Part shown: piece after piece, positions 57,530 to 64,000 of the stretch
Numbering within the stretch: the first letter of the stretch is position 1
How the letters are laid out: each line of letters starts with the position of its first letter
NCBI GenBank assembly: GCA_028407765.1
Contig: JAOOJU010000001.1
Coordinates: 14,838 to 78,837 of the forward strand
Source of the DNA: Rickettsiales bacterium
GTDB taxonomy: Bacteria > Pseudomonadota > Alphaproteobacteria > Methylaequorales > Methylaequoraceae
DNA: 64,000 nucleotides
Direction of reading: 5' to 3'
The notes under the pieces: generated by a model
What the model saw: the letters and a program-made list of their open reading frames with translations, nothing else
The model's database searches: none
Told to the model about the DNA's origin: nothing
Translations under genes and position numbers: made by a program

Positions 57530-58363
57530 ATGAACATAGAAAAATTTCAATTAAGTGACGGTACATACCTAAGATTTAAAAAAGAAGGTGAAGGAAATCC
57601 AATCCTACTGCTACATACGTTTAGAAATAGATTAGAATATTCCAAAAAACTCAGCCATCAGCTCAAGAAAAGTTTTACCGTTTACTCTATTGATCTTCCT
57701 GGATTTGGTGATTCGCCAATAAATACAGATTCACCCTATGATCTAAATTTTTTTACGAGTTCTATAGTAAGTTTTATAAAAGAACTAAAATTAAATCGTC
57801 TTACGATAGCCGGGGAGTCAATTGGAGCAAACTTAGCAGCAAGTGTATCAGTTGAACTTCCTACTAAAGTAAAGAAGATATTTTTATTTAACCCATATGA
57901 CTATGACTCCTTTTTTGGAGAGGGTATACAAAGGGGGAATTTTTTTGCAAAATTTATTTTATTTCACGTCGGATTACCCTTTATCGGAAATTTTTTTGGA
58001 AGTTTAGAAAATAAATTTATTCTAAAAAATGTTATGCAAGGAGGGTTTTATAATTCTAGAAAATTACCTGATGATTACTTAGACCTATTATGTGTGTCTG
58101 TAAAAAAAAAAGGGTATGTCTATCATTTTAGAAAAGTCCTTTCAAATTTTAATAGAAATAATGGAGTCAAAGAGTTATATAAAAAAGTTAAAGTTTCTGT
58201 AAAACTAATTTACGGAATCAAAGATTGGGCAAATGAATCGGAAAGAATAGAAACAAAGAATTGTCTGAAGCTTGATTCCTATCAAACAATAAATGAATCT
58301 GCTCATTTTTCTTTTTTAGAAAATACAAATGAAGTATCAAAGATCATAAAAATGAAAGGATGA
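57530..58363 (+). CDS. Alpha/beta hydrolase fold protein
   Basis: ILLLHTFRN and IAGESIGANLAA (GxSxG). Confidence 0.65.
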   Translation: MNIEKFQLSDGTYLRFKKEGEGNPILLLHTFRNRLEYSKKLSHQLKKSFTVYSIDLPGFGDSPINTDSPYDLNFFTSSIVSFIKELKLNRLTIAGESIGANLAASVSVELPTKVKKIFLFNPYDYDSFFGEGIQRGNFFAKFILFHVGLPFIGNFFGSLENKFILKNVMQGGFYNSRKLPDDYLDLLCVSVKKKGYVYHFRKVLSNFNRNNGVKELYKKVKVSVKLIYGIKDWANESERIETKNCLKLDSYQTINESAHFSFLENTNEVSKIIKMKG

Positions 58364-58544
58364 TACGTCAACGTTTTGCGACTAAGATACTTTTTATCTG
58401 TCCAAAAAAGTTACAATTAGTTGAAAAATTCAAAATAAATTTGTTTTAAAATATGTCTTAATAATAAGACTGTTGTTTATAATCAAAAAAAATAGTGATA
58501 TTTAAGTATAAATGACAAACTGTAACAAAAGAGAGGAATGTTAA

Positions 58545-59000
58545 ATGTTAAATGTATATTTGTCAGGTGAAATTCATACTAATTGGAGAGAAGAAATTAT
58601 TAATCTTTGTAGGAAAAGAGAAATGAATATCAACTTTTCTTCACCTATTACAAATCATGACGCTTCAGATAATTGTGGAATAGAAATACTCGGATCAGAG
58701 GAAAAAAGATTTTGGAAAGATAATAAAGGCGCAAAGATAAACTCTATTAAAACTAGAAAATCCATCAAAGACTGTGATGTAATAATTGTTAAATTTGGAG
58801 AAAAATATAAACAATGGAATGCAGCCTTTGATGCAGGTTATGCTTCAGCATTAAATAAATCAGTTATTATTATTCATAACGAAGAACACCAACATGCACT
58901 AAAAGAAGTAGATGCATTCGCGTCTGCAGTTGCAGAAGATCAAAATCAAGTTGTTAGAATACTTAAATATATCTTAGATGGCTCTTTGGATAATATCTGA
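58545..59000 (+). CDS. YtoQ-family protein (nucleoside 2-deoxyribosyltransferase-like fold)
   Basis: MLNVYLSGEIHTNWREEII is a characteristic YtoQ N-terminus. Confidence 0.55.
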   Translation: MLNVYLSGEIHTNWREEIINLCRKREMNINFSSPITNHDASDNCGIEILGSEEKRFWKDNKGAKINSIKTRKSIKDCDVIIVKFGEKYKQWNAAFDAGYASALNKSVIIIHNEEHQHALKEVDAFASAVAEDQNQVVRILKYILDGSLDNI

Positions 59001-59133
59001 TTAAAACTTTTTTAAAATTTCAATAAAATTTCGATCTAAAGATAATTCACTCGTAAATTTACAAGTAAAATGACCAAAGAAAACAAATAGATAAAAAATT
59101 TATTCGCGCCAGATATAGCGCGAATTTATTGAT

Positions 59134-59271
59134 GCTTTTTTAGGATCTTAATTTTTTTTTATTTTCAAAATCAATTAATTTCTTCTTATACTCTTCTTCA
59201 GACAAATCATGCCAACCGATACATTTTCCAGTTGGTGAACGACCGCATCCGCATTCATTAACATTACTCAT
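59134..59271 (-). CDS. Small Cys-rich ORF (~45 aa), hypothetical; not in ORF track
   Basis: Hand translation gives MSNVNECGCGRSPTGKCIGWHDLSEEEYKKKLIDFENKKKLRS. The coordinates are approximate. Confidence 0.2.
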
Positions 59272-59419
59272 AAATTACTCCCATTAATTTATTTCATTAA
59301 AGTTTATAAATTAATATAATAGTTTGTGAGCCATAATTATCAATATAAATTTTTTTGATTTTTATATTTATACCTTAAAGTTACTTTATATTTTGTATTT
59401 AAGTACTAAATATCATTAT

Positions 59420-59782
59420 ATGAAAAAAATATATGTTTTTTTTGATGGACAATGTGGAATCTGTTTAAAAGAGATAAATTACTACAAAAAAAAAGATAGG
59501 AATTCTAGCTTTGAGTGGATTGATGTTAACCATGAGAAAAATAAGTTAGATGCCTATGGTATTTCTTATACTGATAGTTTAAAATTTCTTCATGTTATAG
59601 GTAGGGACAATAGAGTTGTGCTTGGAGTTGAGGCATTTTTAATAATATGGAATGAATTTAAATATTGGAAAACATTTTCTAAAATAGTTAAATTCATGCC
59701 AATAAAATATATAATTACAATAATTTATAATATTTGGGCAAAAAGAAGATACGAAAAATTAAAATATAAATGTGATTTATAA
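59420..59782 (+). CDS. DCC-family thiol-disulfide oxidoreductase (DUF393)
   Basis: MKKIYVFFDGQCGICLKEINYYKKKD, matching the DUF393 F/YDGxCxxC motif. The start is taken at the internal Met. Confidence 0.55.
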   Translation: MKKIYVFFDGQCGICLKEINYYKKKDRNSSFEWIDVNHEKNKLDAYGISYTDSLKFLHVIGRDNRVVLGVEAFLIIWNEFKYWKTFSKIVKFMPIKYIITIIYNIWAKRRYEKLKYKCDL

Positions 59783-59937
59783 AAAGCGATTACTTTTTCT
59801 TGGAAATACGATTTGATTTTATTTTGTATAAATAAAATGCAAAAACGCAATACTAAAATAAACAATAAAAATTTTACATAAAACATTAAATAAAATAGTA
59901 TTAAAGTAGTTAAGAAACAACTAATAGGATTAATATT

Positions 59938-60669
59938 ATGGATAAAGTAGCTTTTATAACGGGTGCAAACAGAGGTATAGGCTTTGAAACATCAAAAAAA
60001 TTAGGAGAAATGGGAATTAAAGTTATTTTAGGTTCTAGAGATATCACTAAAGGTAAAGAAGCTGTCGAAGAACTTTCAGCACTCGGTATCGAATCGGAAT
60101 CAATTCAATATAATGCATTTGATCTAGATGCTCCAAAAAAAATTTACAATTATATTGAAAATAAATATAAAAAATTAGATATTTTGATAAATAATGCAGG
60201 CGTACTTCTTACAGGCAATCTATTTGTGGTTAATAGTTCAACAGTGAGCGACAAAGATATCAAAGATACATTCCAAACAAATCTTTTTTCAGTGATTTCC
60301 CTAACTCAGAAATTACTTCCTTTGATTAGAAAGTCTGATGCGGGAAGAATTGTAAACGTATCAACAATTTTGAGTTCATTAACCCTTCATTCTTCAAAAG
60401 ACTCACCAATTGCACCAGCAAAAGAATTTGCATACAATGCTTCTAAAACAGCCTTAAATGCTTATACAATTCATCTTGCACTCGAACTTAAGGATACAAA
60501 TATCAAAGTAAATTCTGGTCATCCAGGTTGGGTAAAAACAGAATTAGGAGGTCCTAATGCACCAATGGAAGTTAAAGATAGTTATAAAACTTCATTGCGT
60601 TTAGCGACATTAGACAATAACGGCCCTAGTGGTGGTCTATTCCATGAAGACGATACAATACCTTGGTAA
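59938..60669 (+). CDS. Short-chain dehydrogenase/reductase (carbonyl-reductase-like)
   Basis: AFITGANRGIGFE, NNAG and YNASK motifs. Confidence 0.75.
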   Translation: MDKVAFITGANRGIGFETSKKLGEMGIKVILGSRDITKGKEAVEELSALGIESESIQYNAFDLDAPKKIYNYIENKYKKLDILINNAGVLLTGNLFVVNSSTVSDKDIKDTFQTNLFSVISLTQKLLPLIRKSDAGRIVNVSTILSSLTLHSSKDSPIAPAKEFAYNASKTALNAYTIHLALELKDTNIKVNSGHPGWVKTELGGPNAPMEVKDSYKTSLRLATLDNNGPSGGLFHEDDTIPW

Positions 60670-60816
60670 TTGGAAGTCTTCTTAATAAGATTATTATTAT
60701 AAAATATTTGAAATTCTAATACCAAGTAAAGTATTTACTTTGTTATTCAATTTAATAGACATTTTCCAGTTCAAACATCTTAACCTCACTAAATAATGCC
60801 ATTATAATATAATCAC

Positions 60817-61080
60817 ATGGATATAATTTTTTTAAAAAAATGTCTTGGTTATTTTGCCGCATTTTGTACTACCATCGCTTTTTTACCTCAAGCATTTAAA
60901 GTTTGGAAATCTAATAATACCAAAGATATTTCACTTCATATGTTTATGATATTTACAATTGGTGTTTTTTCTTGGTTAATATACGGAATACTCATAAAAG
61001 ATTTTCCGATAATAATTTCAAATTCTTTCACTTTGATCTTTTCTATATTTATACTTTATTACATTTTAAAAAACAAGTAG
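60817..61080 (+). CDS. SemiSWEET (PQ-loop/MtN3) sugar transporter
   Basis: 87 aa, three TM helices and the FLPQAFKVWKS PQ motif. Confidence 0.6.
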   Translation: MDIIFLKKCLGYFAAFCTTIAFLPQAFKVWKSNNTKDISLHMFMIFTIGVFSWLIYGILIKDFPIIISNSFTLIFSIFILYYILKNK

Positions 61081-61219
61081 ATGGTCTGATAGAAGGATAC
61101 AATAGCAATATCCTTTTTAGGGGGGAACTTCAGACCACCTATTATAGAAATAATAATTGCAAGTAAAATCTTAAATTTATTTTAAAAATGACTACTATTA
61201 ACAGGAATTATATTAAATA

Positions 61220-62728
61220 TTATAGAAACTCAATTTCCGATCCTTTTAGACCCATTGATTCTGCTGCATTTTTCAAACCTCTTGGAATAGATTGACCATA
61301 AAATATAGAATGTTTACCCTTAACCAAAAGTTTTAAAATTCCATTTTTTTTTTTTAAAGAACACAAATCAAGATTTTTTGAAGAAATACCTCCTGTAATG
61401 TGATGCGCTAATCTTAGGCACTGTCCGATAAATTTACACCTCATTCTAATTTTTTTTTCCAACTTATCATAAAATTCACTTACTTGCTTATCTTTAATAG
61501 CATTAGAATGCCGAAAATACATTATCAAAGCAAGTTCGATTCTTTCAGACCTGTCTATCCCATAAAATGGATACCATAAAATCCTATCCATAGCGTATAA
61601 TCTTCTATGCTCTGGGTGTATATCCCATGCTATATTTGAAACCCAACATGCCGATCTTAGTATATCACTCTTTAAAGCTGAAGTATCAACAGCATTTTTT
61701 ATCCAAAAAAATAAGGCTTCAGCCATATGTCTTTTCATAGTGCTATTGGACATTCTTTTAATTTGAAAAATGAAAGGATCACTAATTCTAGTATTTAAGA
61801 TCTTACTTAAAATATATCCCTCTCTTATACCAGAACTTGAAAAGTAAATTTTCTTAATACTAAAATGAATAATTAACTTCTCCATAACTTTAAGAGCATA
61901 AGAAATAGAATTTCTTCTGGACTTTGTTACTTTCGATAAAAGCTTTTCATTAAGTTCTCCTTTATGAAATAAGTTCGTTTTTATGTTTCTTTTAATATCA
62001 TCACTACCAATCACATAATCTTGAATAATTTTTAAACTATTATCCATGAGATACATATTTAACTTTGCGATCACTCTAAATGCGCCTCCAACCGCATATA
62101 AGTTATCAATTTTTTTTCTTGGTACTTTTTTAAAATTCTTATTAATATAGTCTTCTACTTTTTGACTATTATAGTCTCCTAAATTTTGTAAAAAAGTATG
62201 CCCAATAGGAAGCGACTTCAAGAAATTAATTTCCTTTAATCCATACATCTCAGTTATTTCTAGACTACCCCCTCCTAAATCTCCAACCAGTCCATTTACA
62301 TTTTTATGACTATAATATGTTCCCAAAGCGGCTAACTTACCTTCTTCTTTTTCATCAAGAATTTTTATCTCTACACAAAAAATCTTGTAAACAAGTTTCG
62401 CAAATTCATTCCCATTGCTTGCATTTCTAATTGCAGCGGTAGCCAAAATAACTGGTTTTTCAATTTCTACTGACTTTAAGATACTAAAGAACCTCTCTAA
62501 AATATCAATTAGGAATTTAATTGACACCTTATCAATATATTTTTTTTTGCTTACTATCTTCCCTAAATTACTTATGACTTTCTCATTAAATAGAGTTCTT
62601 GATGCGACAGAAATAGAATCATAAATAACTAACCTTATAGAGAAAGAGCCAATGTCTATTATAGCAAACGGAATACTTTTAGATAAAGATTTGTCACTTT
62701 TATTTACTTTTACTTCATTTTTTTTCAT
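61220..62728 (-). CDS. ppx: Exopolyphosphatase (Ppx/GppA family)
   Basis: AIIDIGSFSIRLVIY N-terminal actin-like ATPase motif. Length is 502 aa. Confidence 0.8.
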   Translation of the reverse strand: MKKNEVKVNKSDKSLSKSIPFAIIDIGSFSIRLVIYDSISVASRTLFNEKVISNLGKIVSKKKYIDKVSIKFLIDILERFFSILKSVEIEKPVILATAAIRNASNGNEFAKLVYKIFCVEIKILDEKEEGKLAALGTYYSHKNVNGLVGDLGGGSLEITEMYGLKEINFLKSLPIGHTFLQNLGDYNSQKVEDYINKNFKKVPRKKIDNLYAVGGAFRVIAKLNMYLMDNSLKIIQDYVIGSDDIKRNIKTNLFHKGELNEKLLSKVTKSRRNSISYALKVMEKLIIHFSIKKIYFSSSGIREGYILSKILNTRISDPFIFQIKRMSNSTMKRHMAEALFFWIKNAVDTSALKSDILRSACWVSNIAWDIHPEHRRLYAMDRILWYPFYGIDRSERIELALIMYFRHSNAIKDKQVSEFYDKLEKKIRMRCKFIGQCLRLAHHITGGISSKNLDLCSLKKKNGILKLLVKGKHSIFYGQSIPRGLKNAAESMGLKGSEIEFL

Positions 62729-64000
62729 TTTTTTTTCTCAATAACTCCTCTTCCAGAGAGAGATGGATTATTCATAAAAAATTCATGAGCTGAAAAACTT
62801 TCTCCATCATTCCTTGTCTTGAAGTATTCTCCATTACTATTAAGCTCTGAACTCTGAACATTATCTTTAATATAACTCATAACTATCTGATCAAGTATTT
62901 GCTCATGAATAGTTTTATTCATAATTGGTATAAACGTTTCAACTCTCCTTTCAAGATTTCGAGTCATTAAATCTGCAGAAGAAATAAAAACCTTATTCTT
63001 TCTTGATGGCATTTTAAAGCCATTAGAAAAACAATAAATTCTACTGTGCTCTAAGAACCTTCCTATAATACTTTTTACTGTAATATTTTCTGATAAACCT
63101 TTAATTCCTGGTTTCAGACTGCAAATACCTCTCACTATTAATTTTATTCTAACTCCTGCATTTGACGCTTCATAAAGATCGTCAATAATTTCAGGGTCTG
63201 TTAGAGAATTGACTTTAATACATATTTCTGAGAACAATTTTTTTTTCTTATTATTAATTTCTTTTTTAATTAAATCTTTAAGTTTTTTTCTTAATGTTAT
63301 TGGAGAAAAGTCAACTAATTTCATATTCTCTGGTTTGGCATAACCAGTTATAAAATTAAAGATTTTTCCTGCGTCCTCACATAAATCTTTATTGTTTGAA
63401 AAATAAGATAAGTCTGTGTAGATTTTAGCGGTAATTGGGTGGTAATTACCTGTTCCAAAATGGACGTAACTTTGAATAGTGCCACCTTCTTTTCTTGATA
63501 TCAGAGAAATTTTAGCATGGGTTTTCCAATTAAAAAAACCATAAACAATTTGAACTCCTGCTTTTTCTAAATTTTTTGCCCATTGTATATTTTTTTCTTC
63601 ATCAAACCTTGCCTTTAACTCTACTATCGCGGTGACCGACTTTCCATTTGTAGCAGCTTCTATCAATGCTTTTACTATAGGAGAATTTTTACTTGTTCTA
63701 TATAACGTTTGTTTAATCGATATTACTGAAGGATCATTTGCAGCTTGATCTAAGAAATCTATAACAACATCAAAGCTTTCAAAAGGATGATGAATTAGTA
63801 TATCTTTTTTTTTAATTGCCTGGAAACAATCACCTTGGTGATCCGTTATTCTTTTTGGAAATCTAGGAATAAAGCTTTTGAAAAGTTCTATTGAGTTTGA
63901 TTTTTCTATAATTTCTGCTAGCGACTCTATTTCTAGTATTGAATTTATTTCAAAAAGTTTTGAATCATCAATATTCAATTTTTCTTTTACAAAATTTAAT
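62725..64000 (-). CDS. ppk: Polyphosphate kinase 1, partial (N-terminal ~280 aa lie beyond the window end)
   Basis: VYGFFNWKTHAKISLISRK contains the phosphohistidine KTHAK motif, with PLD-like C-terminal domains. The ORF track Met at 63978 is internal. It overlaps ppx (ATGA). Confidence 0.8.
   Translation of the reverse strand, partial: LNFVKEKLNIDDSKLFEINSILEIESLAEIIEKSNSIELFKSFIPRFPKRITDHQGDCFQAIKKKDILIHHPFESFDVVIDFLDQAANDPSVISIKQTLYRTSKNSPIVKALIEAATNGKSVTAIVELKARFDEEKNIQWAKNLEKAGVQIVYGFFNWKTHAKISLISRKEGGTIQSYVHFGTGNYHPITAKIYTDLSYFSNNKDLCEDAGKIFNFITGYAKPENMKLVDFSPITLRKKLKDLIKKEINNKKKKLFSEICIKVNSLTDPEIIDDLYEASNAGVRIKLIVRGICSLKPGIKGLSENITVKSIIGRFLEHSRIYCFSNGFKMPSRKNKVFISSADLMTRNLERRVETFIPIMNKTIHEQILDQIVMSYIKDNVQSSELNSNGEYFKTRNDGESFSAHEFFMNNPSLSGRGVIEKKK

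Noticed and set aside
1-64000. CRISPR arrays
   Set aside because: No regularly spaced 25-40 nt direct repeats with unique spacers were seen. The only multi-copy element is the tRNA-Leu 3' fragment.

Overview
This is a 64 kb window from a very AT-rich, Lys/Asn/Ile-biased bacterial genome with tightly packed, often overlapping genes. It looks like a streamlined marine alphaproteobacterium (SAR11-like), but I cannot confirm taxonomy from sequence alone.

Layout, left to right:
1. A partial large membrane/coiled-coil protein on the minus strand runs off the window start.
2. Core metabolism follows: lysA, a small lipoprotein the ORF track missed, argH, and a thioredoxin-like protein.
3. A complete ethylmalonyl-CoA module comes next: etfAB, a PduO-type B12 adenosyltransferase, a long acyl-CoA dehydrogenase (mcd-like), ccr and ecm. 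Coq7, dsbB and a yqaA-like gene follow.
4. An ~18 kb cell-surface glycan island lies at 17.0-35.0 kb. It encodes GDP-mannose 4,6-dehydratase, a ColD-type Lys-to-His DegT-family 3-dehydratase and a Fcl/ColC-like reductase (predicted 3,6-dideoxyhexose, GDP-colitose-like route). It also carries a GHMP kinase plus nucleotidyltransferase (GDP-heptose-like route), a split ThDP-dependent E1 alpha/beta pair, FkbM methyltransferases, PhyH-like oxygenases, a KpsC/S-like protein and an MsbA-like ABC exporter.
5. Small secreted proteins, a cytochrome c and a PQQ-dependent sugar dehydrogenase precede tRNA-Leu(CAA) at 38866-38952.
6. Downstream of the tRNA lies ~14 kb of accessory DNA. It is punctuated by three further partial or degenerate copies of the tRNA 3' part (48706-48766, 50761-50819, 52927-53012). 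This is the signature of tandem integrations at tRNA-Leu, yet no integrase ORF is visible.

The first and largest islet carries what I consider the most interesting locus, a 4-gene plus-strand cassette at 40060-44946. It encodes a TM-anchored PEGA x3 plus FGE-sulfatase-domain protein and a MotA/TolQ/ExbB-family proton-channel protein. These are followed by two paralogous proteins. Each has an N-terminal TolR/ExbD-like single TM helix with a buried Asp, a long coiled coil and a C-terminal vWA/MIDAS domain. Three convergent envelope proteins flank the cassette.

The remainder encodes an SGNH-hydrolase islet, an AsnB islet, hydrolases, DoxX, YtoQ, DCC, an SDR, a SemiSWEET, and ppx plus a partial ppk1 at the window end.
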